Assembly: GCA_963850905.1 (NCBI GenBank)
Contig: CAWKMU010000003.1
Coordinates: forward strand, 1,472,001-1,536,000
Reading direction: 5' to 3'
From: an uncultured Gemmatimonadales bacterium
GTDB taxonomy: Bacteria; Gemmatimonadota; Gemmatimonadetes; Gemmatimonadales; Gemmatimonadaceae
DNA length: 64,000 nucleotides
Every line of letters begins with the position of its first letter. Positions within the stretch are counted from its first letter, which is position 1. Of this stretch, positions 39,856 through 50,311 are shown one piece after another. The notes below the pieces were generated by a model that did no database searches, had not been told where the DNA came from, and saw only the letters and a program-made list of their open reading frames with translations. The position numbers and the translations under genes were made by a program.

Positions 39856-40308
39856 GTGAATACCGTACCGGTCGAGCAGCACAGGTACCAGATGCCACCG
39901 CAAGAGGGAATTACGATCGCGCATTTCTTGACCGTAGCCGACGTCGAGCGATCAGCTCAATTCTACGAGACCGTCTTCGGCGGCCGGATCGTGCGCAAAG
40001 CGGAGCGCAAAGGCGAGCCGGCGTACATCCAGATCGCGAACACCTGGCTCATCGTCAACATTGGAGGCGGTCCGACACCCGACAAACCGACCGTGACACT
40101 GCGACCGCCAGCCGATCTAGATGAGGTCAGTAGCTTCATGAATATTCGCGTCGCTGACATTCAAGCGTGCTACCGGCTATGGCGAAGTCGAGGAGCGCAG
40201 TTCCTCACCGAGCCGAAGGACAAGTCTGGCGAGACACGCTGCTATATCCGTGATCCGGACGGCTACATCATCGAAGTCGGGGAGAGCAAACCGGAAGCAT
40301 GGGGATGA
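39856..40308 (+). CDS. VOC/glyoxalase family protein
   Basis: VADVERSAQFYETVFGG, GGGPTPDKP and CYIRDPDGYIIEVG motifs. Confidence 0.88.
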   Translation: MNTVPVEQHRYQMPPQEGITIAHFLTVADVERSAQFYETVFGGRIVRKAERKGEPAYIQIANTWLIVNIGGGPTPDKPTVTLRPPADLDEVSSFMNIRVADIQACYRLWRSRGAQFLTEPKDKSGETRCYIRDPDGYIIEVGESKPEAWG

Positions 40309-40394
40309 CGCTCCTTCGGTTCCGCGAACCGCACATGGGTGTCAACCCAACTGAGTGCGCCCACAAGCCGCGGATCGAGGTTTGACCCTGCATC

Positions 40395-42791
40395 TCAGGC
40401 AATGGAGTCGGCGGCGATCCCCGGGGAGGATACGAGTGGGGCCTGGGGTACGTGTGGCTGCAACCGGGCGACCTTCAGAGCTCGCAGAATGGGCAGGTCC
40501 CAGACGAATGCGGCCGCATAGAGGCCCATCGCGATCAAGTACAGTGCCCTGAACCCCAGGTACATCGAGTTGTACTCCAGCAAGCCCCCGCACATGGCAC
40601 CCAGCAGGTTGACCGCCATGACGCCGGCTATCTCTCCGCCAGAACCGAGCAACGTCGAGAATACAATGCCCGAGGACAACATCGGTATCGTAAGAACAAG
40701 CGCTGTCTCGAGCCGCCCCAACGGCGTGGACGGCAGGCCGCCATTCCGGGCGATGAGCCACCCCAAGCCCAAGCTCGCGAACAGCAGCACGTACGGAACA
40801 GTGGGTCGTTGGATGCGGAGCCATTGGACGATGCAATTGCCAAGGAACGCCATCACGAGTAAGCCAACAATGATGACACCGATGACCTGCCACGAATTGC
40901 CAAACGTCAGGCCCAGTTCCGTAATGCCCTTGGTTTCGACCAACATGAAGCCGGCACCGAGGAAGAAAAACGGGAGGTGGCTGAACTGCGGACGCTCGGC
41001 CACGAAGTTGACGGTGACCAAGAACGACAGCACCACGATCAGGAGGACCACGACCAAGTACGAGAGGGGATACACTCGTCGCGGCATGTAGAAAAACGGC
41101 CAGTCGTCGGTGGAGACATCGGCTCGCAGCGTGGGATCTGCGTACAACGCCGTCTGGTCGTGGAATCCGGTTTGCTGCAGCAATTGATTGGGAAGGCTCA
41201 GATCCCTGTCCTTTGCCTCGAGAAAGATGGTTGACCCATCGTAATCCGTCTTGACACATACCGGAGGATGCCCGTCGAAGGCCTGCTGCATCATCAGGTA
41301 GATCTTTCGGCCCAGCTCGGTGTTGATGACCGCAAACGAGAGCGAGATGATGCCACCGGCCCTGAGGCGCGCTCGTGCGTCGCGCAAGCCTTCGACCGTA
41401 TAGACAAACGAGTCCAGCCGCACGCTCAATGCATGACTGAGCAGCGTGTGAGAATCCAGCAGGCCGTAGATGATCATGTCATACATCTGGTCGGTCGTCC
41501 GCAGGAATGAGCGGGCATCGTTCACAATCGCGCGCACTCGCCGATCCCCGTACGGGTGCTCGGGATGGCTGGTCCTACCGACCATGAGAATCGCAGGGTC
41601 GATCTCAATCGCATCCACGTGTGTTGCGCCCGACCGCAGCGCCGCTGCGACGTCATTGCCCGTCCCCGCGCCCACGACCGCCACGTCGCCGGGGTTCCCA
41701 TAGATCCTGTACGGCAACTCGTAGTAGTCACGGATGCGCTTGAGGTCGGGATCGGAATCGACCGTGCGGTTGGACCGGGCAAGGTCGTGGATGCGCTGGT
41801 AGTACTGCCCGGCGGCGCGCACCACCACCAAGCCTTTTGGTCCCGAGGACAACGCCAGTTCCTGATACGGAGAGTAGATCTTGGCCTGCAAGGGGTCCAC
41901 AGGCCATGCCAGAATCGTGAGCGCCACGAGGGCGGCGCCACCTCCCAGCAGCATGGAAGACGGCTTTCTCACGTAGAACAGCAGTATGCCGAGGAAGCAG
42001 AGCGCGAACCAGACGAGCGGAGGAGTCCACAACCAACTGAGTGCAAGCATCAGCACGACACCGACGAGACTACCCAGCAGGTTCAATCCATAGGCGGCGA
42101 GCGTCTCGCGTCGCCGCATGAGACGACCGCACAACTGCCCGATGGGGATGAAGACGAGCACCGTCAAGAGGAAGATGACGGACAAGAAGAAGTAAATCGC
42201 TGCCCCTTCCGCGACATGGCGCACAGCGGGAGTGCCCATGTTCAGCTGCTCGCGGAATGGCAGGATTCTGAGACTCTGTAACTGGTCGTCATCCATGCCG
42301 AAACGGAGAGCGAACATCAGTCCGAACTGCCATCCAAGCAGGGGGATCACCATGCCGAGAGGAATGCGACGACGGTCAGCCAAGGCATAACCCAGACCCA
42401 GCCCTGCAAAACAGCTGAGCAACGAGACGTTCTTGTAGAAGGCAAAGAACTCGAATATGGTGCCTTGCCAGCGAATGACGGCGAGCTCGAGAAACAGGCT
42501 CAGTGCCGCCGCGCCAACGATTGCAATGCCCGCGTACTTCGGCGAACACGTTTCGAGGAACTCGTCTTGTTCTCGGGCATTCGCGTCGAGACGATCGTGC
42601 AGCCGCTGGACCAGGGCGTCAAATCCGGCTGTGATGACCACCAGCGCCAGAACGACGCACGCCGCCGTGACGACAGGGTTCGAATTGGCGAACGGGCCGA
42701 TACTCTGCCCGCTCCACAACAGCGTCAGCAACGGAACCAGACCGCTTCCCAGAAATGCCCACACCACCAGTCGCGTGAATGACTTCGTCAT
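40395..42791 (-). CDS. Polytopic membrane protein with spermidine-synthase-like SAM-binding domain
   Basis: LFLELAVIRW, AYGLNLLGSL, VAVVGAGTGND, IEIDP, DARSFL and TDDWPF motifs. Confidence 0.85.
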   Translation of the reverse strand: MTKSFTRLVVWAFLGSGLVPLLTLLWSGQSIGPFANSNPVVTAACVVLALVVITAGFDALVQRLHDRLDANAREQDEFLETCSPKYAGIAIVGAAALSLFLELAVIRWQGTIFEFFAFYKNVSLLSCFAGLGLGYALADRRRIPLGMVIPLLGWQFGLMFALRFGMDDDQLQSLRILPFREQLNMGTPAVRHVAEGAAIYFFLSVIFLLTVLVFIPIGQLCGRLMRRRETLAAYGLNLLGSLVGVVLMLALSWLWTPPLVWFALCFLGILLFYVRKPSSMLLGGGAALVALTILAWPVDPLQAKIYSPYQELALSSGPKGLVVVRAAGQYYQRIHDLARSNRTVDSDPDLKRIRDYYELPYRIYGNPGDVAVVGAGTGNDVAAALRSGATHVDAIEIDPAILMVGRTSHPEHPYGDRRVRAIVNDARSFLRTTDQMYDMIIYGLLDSHTLLSHALSVRLDSFVYTVEGLRDARARLRAGGIISLSFAVINTELGRKIYLMMQQAFDGHPPVCVKTDYDGSTIFLEAKDRDLSLPNQLLQQTGFHDQTALYADPTLRADVSTDDWPFFYMPRRVYPLSYLVVVLLIVVLSFLVTVNFVAERPQFSHLPFFFLGAGFMLVETKGITELGLTFGNSWQVIGVIIVGLLVMAFLGNCIVQWLRIQRPTVPYVLLFASLGLGWLIARNGGLPSTPLGRLETALVLTIPMLSSGIVFSTLLGSGGEIAGVMAVNLLGAMCGGLLEYNSMYLGFRALYLIAMGLYAAAFVWDLPILRALKVARLQPHVPQAPLVSSPGIAADSIA

Positions 42792-43064
42792 TGTTATCCG
42801 CGCACCTCACAGGATGGGACAGCCGTCCACGGCCGCCCGGCCGGGCACCTTGCAGCTGCACGGAGCAGACGGTTGCTGGCCCTACGACGAGCGGGTGCTG
42901 GCGTGGGTCAAACGTCGGATGCGTTTCAGCTAGTGCGGTCGGCCGTGGTCCCCACGACGCGCGACCCAACGCCGGACCACTACCCCGAGAGGACAGCCCG
43001 GAGGGAACGGCGGCGAAGGTCGAGGCAGTATGGAGCGAAACGTGGTCTCGCCAGCAGTTCTGGA

Positions 43065-44115
43065 TTACGTGATTCCCAAACTGCGCATATCGCTGCGCAG
43101 CGCATTCAGGAATCCCGCAGGGTTGGTGAAGCACGCGAAATGACCGCCTTCGATGGTGGTGTAAAGTTTCGCTGGCGCACGCACTTGGTTCACGAATGCA
43201 CGCGCCGCCTCGGGCGGGGTTCTGGTGTCATCGCGTCCCTGAATGACAAAGAACGGAACCGGGAAATCGTAGCCGGCCGCCGCGGCGTCGAACTCAAAGA
43301 CAAACCGCATGAGTTTGGTAAGGCAGGCCGGATGGGCCGCCGGATCTGCAGGGTCGGGATTGGAGGCATAAAAATTGGCTGCCGCGGTACTGGCGGGCTT
43401 GTCGGGCGAACCCAATAACGCGCCTCGCCTGATGAGAAAGTCGAGATCCCGATCGGGAAAGGGTGCGTTCCACTTAAACAGGGTGCGGAGCTTGGCCTTG
43501 TCCGCAAGATCAGGCTCACCGAGAGCCGTTAGCTCTGCGACGGATTGGACGTCTCCGGCCGCCTGCGCCCGAGCAACAGCGGACGATCGCATATGTTCGA
43601 TGATGGCTCTGCCATTGACGGGTTGACCCGTACCCACAAAGGCATGGTACAGCTCTGGCCGCAGGCGGGTCACGCTGAGACCCAACATTGCGCCCCAGGA
43701 ATGCCCGACCAGAATTAGCTTGTCCGCCTTCAGACGGCCCAGGATGTATTGAGTGACTTGGACGGCGTCTTGTGCCATCTGCTCCAGGGTCATGTTGGGT
43801 GTCGAGGGCCCATTTTTTCCGAACGTTCTGCCCGAGCCCCGCTGATCCCACTGCGCACACGACGTAGCGTTCCTCCCACGGTGCGAACAACGACAGAAAA
43901 GGCGATTGCGCTTCGCAGGGACCGCCATGCAAAAACAACAGGGCCGTACGGGATCGGTTGCGGCCGCGAATGGCGATCCACTGCTCGATTCCACCGATAG
44001 GCACAAAGCGGTCGTCTGCAATCGGCTCCGGCGCAGCCCAGGCGGCTGGGTCAACAGCGATCGAAGCCAGAACGGCGGTGAGACTGAGGAAACGACGACG
44101 CGTTAGTACGAACAC
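43065..44115 (-). CDS. Tat-exported alpha/beta hydrolase (proline iminopeptidase-like), apparent +1 frameshift near 43858
   Basis: TRRRFL signal and FLHGGP in ORF 43516-44115; WDQRGSG, GHSWG, QGRDD and GGH in ORF 43065-44054. Confidence 0.82.
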
Positions 44116-44434
44116 GTGAGCCCCTGAATTTGGTGGAATGTCTGCTCAGACTATTCGATGCCTTTGCGCCCCGTATGCATAGTCCTTCGACATTGGTGGC
44201 CCAGCAATTCATCAATCCTTAGGATTATCAAGCCTTAGATGGAAGGAGGCCTCCAAGCGTTTCAATGACTGGCGCTCCTTGAGGCCAATTTGCCGAAGCC
44301 GACAGCATCAATGCGGCGTCGAATGCCGAAAAGGGTGGTGACCAGTGCCGCGTACAATGCCTCTGGGCTTAGACGACGAGCATTCGCCAATGCGGAGTGG
44401 AATCTGGTACGCCATCTGGAACTAGGAGACGACA

Positions 44435-45043
44435 ATGCGACAGATCATTGCGATTGCATTTGTTTCGCTCGACGGTGTCATGCAAGCGCCTGGCGGCGCA
44501 ACAGAAGATCCGAGCGGGGGGTTCGATCTTGGTGGATGGATCGTGAAATACTCGGATGAGAAATCCGCTGGCGCCGTAATGCGGATGGTCGGCACCCTCG
44601 CCAAGCCGAATGACGTGCTGCTCGGGCGCAAGACATACGACATCTGGGCCGGCCATTGGCCGGATGTCCCCGCGGACACTCCCATCGGGCCTGTGTTCAC
44701 AAAGGCCAACAAGTATGTGATGACAAGCGGCACGAGCACCTTAGGCTGGGCCAATAGCCACCAGCTGCGCAGCATCGACGAACTGAAGAAGGTCAAAGCT
44801 GGTACCGGCGCCGACATTGTCCTGTGGGGCAGTTCGACCCTGCATCCGCAGCTGATGGAGGCCAATCTCATCGACCGCCTTCTGCTGCTGACATTTCCCT
44901 TGACGCTCGGAAAGGGCAAAAGGCTCTTCGGAAACACCACGCATCCAGTCACGATGCAGCTTATGGCGAGCGAAGTGACGTCGACTGGCGTCATCATCGC
45001 GACGTACGACTTGGCGCTTCCCACGTTTTTCAATATGCGCTAG
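44435..45043 (+). CDS. Dihydrofolate reductase family (RibD C-terminal-like) protein
   Basis: AGGAG RBS; VSLDGVMQAPG, LLGRKTY and LGKGKRLF motifs. Confidence 0.9.
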   Translation: MRQIIAIAFVSLDGVMQAPGGATEDPSGGFDLGGWIVKYSDEKSAGAVMRMVGTLAKPNDVLLGRKTYDIWAGHWPDVPADTPIGPVFTKANKYVMTSGTSTLGWANSHQLRSIDELKKVKAGTGADIVLWGSSTLHPQLMEANLIDRLLLLTFPLTLGKGKRLFGNTTHPVTMQLMASEVTSTGVIIATYDLALPTFFNMR

Positions 45044-45148
45044 ACATTCGCGCGCGCGCCCAGCGGTATGCAATGTCTCCTGTTAAATAGCTCGCGCGCG
45101 GCCCCGCGGTTGAGCGCATACCAATGATTCACAGCCTTGTACATCAGA

Positions 45149-45733
45149 TCAGGCAGGGACGTACGTCAGCCTAACCGTGTCCTCGGCGACGGGGACGGTC
45201 GCGACAAGGCGGAGCGGCGGTCGGGCACGGGCGAAGTACGGCTTGCCGCGGCCAAGGACGAACGGACGCATGTAGAGACGGTACTCGTCGATAAGACCGA
45301 GGTCGGTGAGGCTCGCCGCCAGATCCGGACCCGCGACGTCGATCTCGCCTTCGATGTCCGCTTTCAGCCGGCGCACGAAGGCTTCGACACCGTCACTCAC
45401 CAGCGTGGCGTTTGGGCCGACCGACTTAAGCGAGCGTGACACGACCCATTTGGGTCGCGCCCGCCACACCTGAGCGAAGTCGCGCTCGACGGCGTCGAAC
45501 TCGGGCCGATCCTCGTCCCAATAGCGCATGATCCCATACATGCGACGTCCATACAACATGCCGGCCAGGCCGCGAACGTGATCGTTGAAGTGACTATGGA
45601 GCCCTTCGCCGGGCGGCGGCAATTCCGTGCCGCCCGCAACAGCGGCGATGTAGCCATCGGACCCCGGGCCGCCCGCAACACCGGCGATGTAGCCATCGAG
45701 CGACTGCATCATTCCGAACACGAGCTTTGCCAT
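45149..45733 (-). CDS. Dihydrofolate reductase family (RibD C-terminal-like) protein
   Basis: MMQSLDGYI, YGRRMY, LIDEYRLY and VLGRGKPYF motifs; the real gene is the 3' part of ORF 45149-46756. Confidence 0.88.
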   Translation of the reverse strand: MAKLVFGMMQSLDGYIAGVAGGPGSDGYIAAVAGGTELPPPGEGLHSHFNDHVRGLAGMLYGRRMYGIMRYWDEDRPEFDAVERDFAQVWRARPKWVVSRSLKSVGPNATLVSDGVEAFVRRLKADIEGEIDVAGPDLAASLTDLGLIDEYRLYMRPFVLGRGKPYFARARPPLRLVATVPVAEDTVRLTYVPA

Positions 45734-45822
45734 ACTTCCGCACCCCGCTGGTGGTTCGGAATTGGACCCCGGGTACCCACCAGGCCCGGCGTGACACTTA
45801 GCCCTGCTGTCACCTATCCCTG

Positions 45823-47142
45823 CTACACCGCGCCGCGCCCCTTGAGCTCCAGGTACCGATTCACCACTGCGGCCGTCATCGCCTGCGGCCGTACGTCGAT
45901 CACCGACACGCCGGCCTGACGCATCCGCTCCAACGCTTCCTCGCGCGCCGACAACAGCTCTTCCGCAGCCGCACGCTCGTACACGGCGAGCTGTTTCGTC
46001 GCCCCCGAGTGTGACGCCGCCGTCACCAGCGCCTCGTTGCGCAGCGCCACCACGACCGGAAGGTGATGCCGCGCGCCTCGCGTCGTGTGCGCGATCAGCG
46101 AATACGACGCCCGCGGGTCGATCACATCCGTGTAGAACACGATGAGCGAGCGCTTCCGCTGCCGGCTGTCCAGCGTCCGGAACGCCGTCGCATAGTCGGG
46201 CTCCGTCATCGTCGCCCTGAGCGGAATGAGCGCGGACCGCAGTGCGACGAGCGCGCCCCGACCGCGTTCCGGTGGCACCCACGCGCGGACCTCGTCGTCG
46301 AATGCCAACAACCCCACATGGTCGCCAGACTCGCGCGCGATGTCCGCTAACACCAGTGCCGATGACAACGCGTACTCGAAGCGCGGCAGATCGTCCGCCA
46401 GCTGGGTCATGAGCCGCCCACAGTCGATCACGATCATCACCGTCTGCCCCTGCTCGACGGAGAACTCGCGCGAGATCAGCGTCTGCCGCTTCGCCGATGC
46501 TTTCCAGTCGATGAGCCGCGGATCGTCGCCCAGGGCGTACTCGCGAAGGCCCGCGAAACTCGTCCCCTCGCCACGCCGGCGCATCACCCGCACGCCCGCG
46601 TCTCGCAGCCAATGCTGCATGGCCAGCAGCCGATACCGCCGTACGTTCGCGATCGACGGCGCCACCAAGACATGCTCCTGCGGCCGCCAGCGATAGGTGC
46701 GCGCCATGAGCCCCAACGGCCCGCGCAGCCGTACCGCTATGCGGCCCAGCGGCCACTCCCCACGCTCTCGTCCCTGGAGATCGACCGCCAACGTGGCCGG
46801 CGTCGCGCGGCGCACCACGAACTCCTGTGGCATCGGCGTCTCGCGCCGCACACCCCGCGGCATCTCGTCATACACGGCTCCGTGCACCGCTCCCGGCCAC
46901 TCGATCGTGATGCGGTACGTCGCGCGCACGACATCCCCCACGCCGATCGAAGGCGGTATGTCGCGCGTGACCTCGACCCGCCGGCGACTCGGCAGCGCCG
47001 CCACATCCGCCGTCGCGACCACCAGCACCAACGCCACCACACCGATGCCCGCGACCTGCGGCACCCCCAGCAGCATCGCCAGTACCCAGACCGGGGACAA
47101 CAGCATGAACAGCCAGGCCAGACGGGCGGTCGGCAGTGGCAT
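45823..47142 (-). CDS. DUF58 domain protein
   Basis: FAGLREYALGDDPRLIDWKASA and IDCGRLM motifs; adjacent to MoxR. Confidence 0.92.
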   Translation of the reverse strand: MPLPTARLAWLFMLLSPVWVLAMLLGVPQVAGIGVVALVLVVATADVAALPSRRRVEVTRDIPPSIGVGDVVRATYRITIEWPGAVHGAVYDEMPRGVRRETPMPQEFVVRRATPATLAVDLQGRERGEWPLGRIAVRLRGPLGLMARTYRWRPQEHVLVAPSIANVRRYRLLAMQHWLRDAGVRVMRRRGEGTSFAGLREYALGDDPRLIDWKASAKRQTLISREFSVEQGQTVMIVIDCGRLMTQLADDLPRFEYALSSALVLADIARESGDHVGLLAFDDEVRAWVPPERGRGALVALRSALIPLRATMTEPDYATAFRTLDSRQRKRSLIVFYTDVIDPRASYSLIAHTTRGARHHLPVVVALRNEALVTAASHSGATKQLAVYERAAAEELLSAREEALERMRQAGVSVIDVRPQAMTAAVVNRYLELKGRGAV

Positions 47143-47150
47143 GAACTACC

Positions 47151-47187
47151 GGGTGACGGGTGACGGGTGACGGGTAACGGGTAACGG
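47151..47187. repeat. Heptamer tandem repeat (GGGTRAC)x5
   Basis: GGGTGAC x3 + GGGTAAC x2 in the moxR-DUF58 spacer. Confidence 0.85.
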
Positions 47188-47222
47188 CACCTGCACGACC
47201 ACTGTCATTGGTTTACCCACCT

Positions 47223-48338
47223 TCACTGCGGCGCGGGGACGCGCGACAGGATGCCCTGCAAGACGTCGTCCGCGCTCCGACCCTCGACCTCGAGCTCGGG
47301 CGCGACCACCACGCGGTGGCGCAGCACGGCGAGGGCGTAGTCCTTCACGTCATCGGGCGTCACGAAGTCGCGGCCTGCCAACAACGCCGCGCCTCGCGCG
47401 GCGCGAAACAGCATCACGCTGGCGCGTGGTGAGCCGCCAAGGGTCAGGCCAGTGTCCTCGCGAGTCGCACGCACGATGTCCGTCACGTACGCCTGCACTT
47501 CGGGTGCGACTTTCACCATGTCGACCGCCCCTCGCAGCGCGCGGCACCCCTCGGCGTCCAGCAACGGCGCGATCGGATGCTGCGTGAGCCGGTCGGGATC
47601 GAAGCCCGCGGCCTGTCGCGAGAGTATCTCCAGCTCGGACGCCCGGGTCGGATAGCCGACTTTGATCTTCAGGAGGAACCGGTCGAGCTGGGCCTCCGGC
47701 AACGGATATGTCCCCTCGTACTCCACCGGGTTCTGCGTCGCCAGCACGGTGAATAGCTCGCCAAGCGAGCGCCCCACCCCGTCGGTGGTCACCTGACGTT
47801 CCTGCATCGCCTCGAGCAAGGCTGCCTGCGTCTTGGCCGGTGCGCGGTTGATCTCGTCGGCGAGCAACAGGTCGGTGAACACGGGCCCGGGATGAAACTC
47901 GAACTCACGAGTCGTCGCTTGCAGGACGCTCACGCCAGTGATATCCGACGGCATGAGATCAGGCGTGAACTGGATCCGCCCGAATCGCGCGCCCAGGACC
48001 TCGGCGAGCGTGCGCACGAGCAATGTCTTGGCCGTCCCGGGAACGCCCTCGAGCAGGACGTGCCCGCGCGCGATGAACGCGACGAGCGTCTCCTCAATGA
48101 CCTCGTCCTGTCCCACGATCCGTGATGCCACCGCATCCCGAATGCGCTGGAGTGTCAGCGCCAGGCGCTCGATCGCGTCGCGCGTCGCCGGGTCGGACAC
48201 CGCCCAACTGGGCAGAGGCGACGGCGTTCCGGTCGAGCCCGGGCCCCCCGGCGATTCGACTGCGGGCGCCGCGGCCGAGCTGGGTGTGCCATCTGTTGGT
48301 GAGGGGAGCCCGGAGGCAGGAATGGGTGCGTCGGCCAC
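47223..48338 (-). CDS. MoxR family AAA+ ATPase
   Basis: GHVLLEGVPGTAKT, RIQFTPDLMPSD, LADEINRA and LPEAQLDRF motifs. Confidence 0.95.
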   Translation of the reverse strand: MADAPIPASGLPSPTDGTPSSAAAPAVESPGGPGSTGTPSPLPSWAVSDPATRDAIERLALTLQRIRDAVASRIVGQDEVIEETLVAFIARGHVLLEGVPGTAKTLLVRTLAEVLGARFGRIQFTPDLMPSDITGVSVLQATTREFEFHPGPVFTDLLLADEINRAPAKTQAALLEAMQERQVTTDGVGRSLGELFTVLATQNPVEYEGTYPLPEAQLDRFLLKIKVGYPTRASELEILSRQAAGFDPDRLTQHPIAPLLDAEGCRALRGAVDMVKVAPEVQAYVTDIVRATREDTGLTLGGSPRASVMLFRAARGAALLAGRDFVTPDDVKDYALAVLRHRVVVAPELEVEGRSADDVLQGILSRVPAPQ

Positions 48339-48347
48339 GGCCGATCC

Positions 48348-49718
48348 TCAGTACGGTTTGGAGTGATGGTTGCGATCCCTGCTGCTCGGGAACGCCTTGT
48401 CGATCCGGTCGATGGCCGCGGCCACTTCCAGTAGCTCGCTCGCCTCGATGGTCGTACGCTCAGCCGCCTCGACGCGCTTCACGTCGGATGCAAGCCGAGG
48501 ATGACTGGCCGCGACGGCGGTCAGAAATCGATCGTTCGCGTCCTCGATCCCCGGCCGGCCGGCAGCCCGTGACGACCAACCACCACGGTCATGCCGGCGC
48601 CTAAGTCCTCGCACGAGCCGAGTGACCGCTGTGCGCGTTGCATGGATCCGTTCATAGGCGAGCGCCAATGCATCGACGTGCTCGAGTGCCGACCGACGCT
48701 CGATACCGGGCATGCTGCGAGGTGGAAGCGCCCGTGCGCCCAGAGCCAGCATCAGCACGAGTCCCCCGATGAGGAGTTGCAAGATCGTGTGTCCGACCGG
48801 ATGCGCACCGAGAAAGGCAATGGCAGTCGAAGACGGGTTCGCTTCGTCACCGGCGGATTGGTGGTACTCGTCGAACACGAGCGGTGGCCGGTGCCCATGT
48901 GATGCATACTCGATTGCCGCCACCAGCCGTGGCCCCACGCCCGCACGACAGACGCGCACGACGTCATTGCGCAATGCGTCCGGGTCCGACACCGCGACCA
49001 CGCGCCCGCGACCGAGCGGGTATCCAACGACCGCTGGCAACGTGCCCCCCGAATCACCTGCCGACTCCTGTCCATCCCGCGTCACCGACAGAAAAACCGA
49101 GGTGTCGACGGGCAGGCGCTCATGACTCGATAAGACCGATAGCGAGTCGACGAGATAGTAGAGGTGCACGCCGGCACCGAGCCAGAGCAGAGTGTTCTGG
49201 AGCGTCTGAGGCCTGCACCTCGACGAATCGGCGACCGTCACTGCCAGCGACCCGCCCGCCGAGGAATGGCGCAGCACGAGCGAGTCAGTCAGCGGCCGAT
49301 CCTCGACGACGTAGACGAGCCCAGCGCCGCGTCGGACCGCCTCCAGGAGGACGTGTACTTCGGCGGCCGTCATCCGCCTCGGTCCGCCGAACACCGCATA
49401 CACGGCGTCGCTGTCCAGTGGTTCCCGGAATGGTGTCTCACGGCGGCTGGTCGGCCACCCGAGGCGGCTCGCAACCTCGTACAGACCCTTTGCACCAGCG
49501 GGCCCGGCGGACGTCGTCGTCAGCCGAAGATCCAGGTTGGCGCTGGGCGACTCCGGCGTGAAGAGGATCGCGATGACCATCACCCCGGCAAGAAGCGGCA
49601 ACACGACCCGCGGCCGCAGCACCGTCGCGAGCCAGTCGTCCTGCGGCCCTCCCGGGCTCGCGGCCGCCAATGTGCCACCCGCGGCCGTGTTGGTCCCTCC
49701 GATGGGCGGTGTGGTCAT
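48348..49718 (-). CDS. DUF4350-like domain membrane protein
   Basis: N-terminal TM; GAKGLYE, GRGRVVAVSD and VFDEYH motifs; ATGA overlap with the upstream gene; MoxR operon context. Confidence 0.75.
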   Translation of the reverse strand: MTTPPIGGTNTAAGGTLAAASPGGPQDDWLATVLRPRVVLPLLAGVMVIAILFTPESPSANLDLRLTTTSAGPAGAKGLYEVASRLGWPTSRRETPFREPLDSDAVYAVFGGPRRMTAAEVHVLLEAVRRGAGLVYVVEDRPLTDSLVLRHSSAGGSLAVTVADSSRCRPQTLQNTLLWLGAGVHLYYLVDSLSVLSSHERLPVDTSVFLSVTRDGQESAGDSGGTLPAVVGYPLGRGRVVAVSDPDALRNDVVRVCRAGVGPRLVAAIEYASHGHRPPLVFDEYHQSAGDEANPSSTAIAFLGAHPVGHTILQLLIGGLVLMLALGARALPPRSMPGIERRSALEHVDALALAYERIHATRTAVTRLVRGLRRRHDRGGWSSRAAGRPGIEDANDRFLTAVAASHPRLASDVKRVEAAERTTIEASELLEVAAAIDRIDKAFPSSRDRNHHSKPY

Positions 49719-50311
49719 GCCACGGGCGTCAACATGCCGCTGGCCAGCGCATAGAGTCGCTCGTAGCGCTCCTGGTCGCAGATCCCCAACCCATACACGA
49801 CGACCTCGTACAGCCGCGCGAAGTCGCGGAAGCTGGGCACAAGGGCAGACGAGCGCCACCGCAGCTCACGCAGGTAGTCGCCCACCGTCTTGGAGGGATG
49901 CAACCGGAGATCTTCGCGCTGCGCGACGCTCTCCAACAGCGCCGCGTAGAGGGCGTGCGCGGCGTCGGTGTATCGATGCTCCGCTGCGAGCCGTTGCGCC
50001 TCGAGCCACGGGTCGCCCCTGCGCCGCAGGAACCGACGGGTTCCGCTTGCCGATCCCGCGAATTCCGCGGACCGGATGGCGATCACGATGCGCACAATGG
50101 CGAGCACCGCCAGGAGCGCGAGCACTGCGAGCGCGACGGGCCGTGTCGCCGATGACTTCGTGATCGCGCTCAGGACTCGACTGAGCTGCTCCCACAAGTA
50201 GAACATGAGGCGATCCCACAACGACGCGGCGATTGTCCGGTCGTATGCCCGCTGGGCGAACACGGCAGCAACGGTGTCGCGCGCGGCGGTGGTGGCGACC
50301 TGTTGGATCAC
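49715..50311 (-). CDS. DUF4129 domain protein
   Basis: TM helix; SKTVGDYLREL and YEVVVYG motifs; MoxR operon context. Confidence 0.75.
   Translation of the reverse strand: MIQQVATTAARDTVAAVFAQRAYDRTIAASLWDRLMFYLWEQLSRVLSAITKSSATRPVALAVLALLAVLAIVRIVIAIRSAEFAGSASGTRRFLRRRGDPWLEAQRLAAEHRYTDAAHALYAALLESVAQREDLRLHPSKTVGDYLRELRWRSSALVPSFRDFARLYEVVVYGLGICDQERYERLYALASGMLTPVA

Noticed and set aside
37500..45800. Possible genomic island (patchy small genes, longer spacers, some AT-richer stretches)
   Set aside because: No integrase, transposase, tRNA or boundary direct repeats were seen, and the compositional shift was not quantified.
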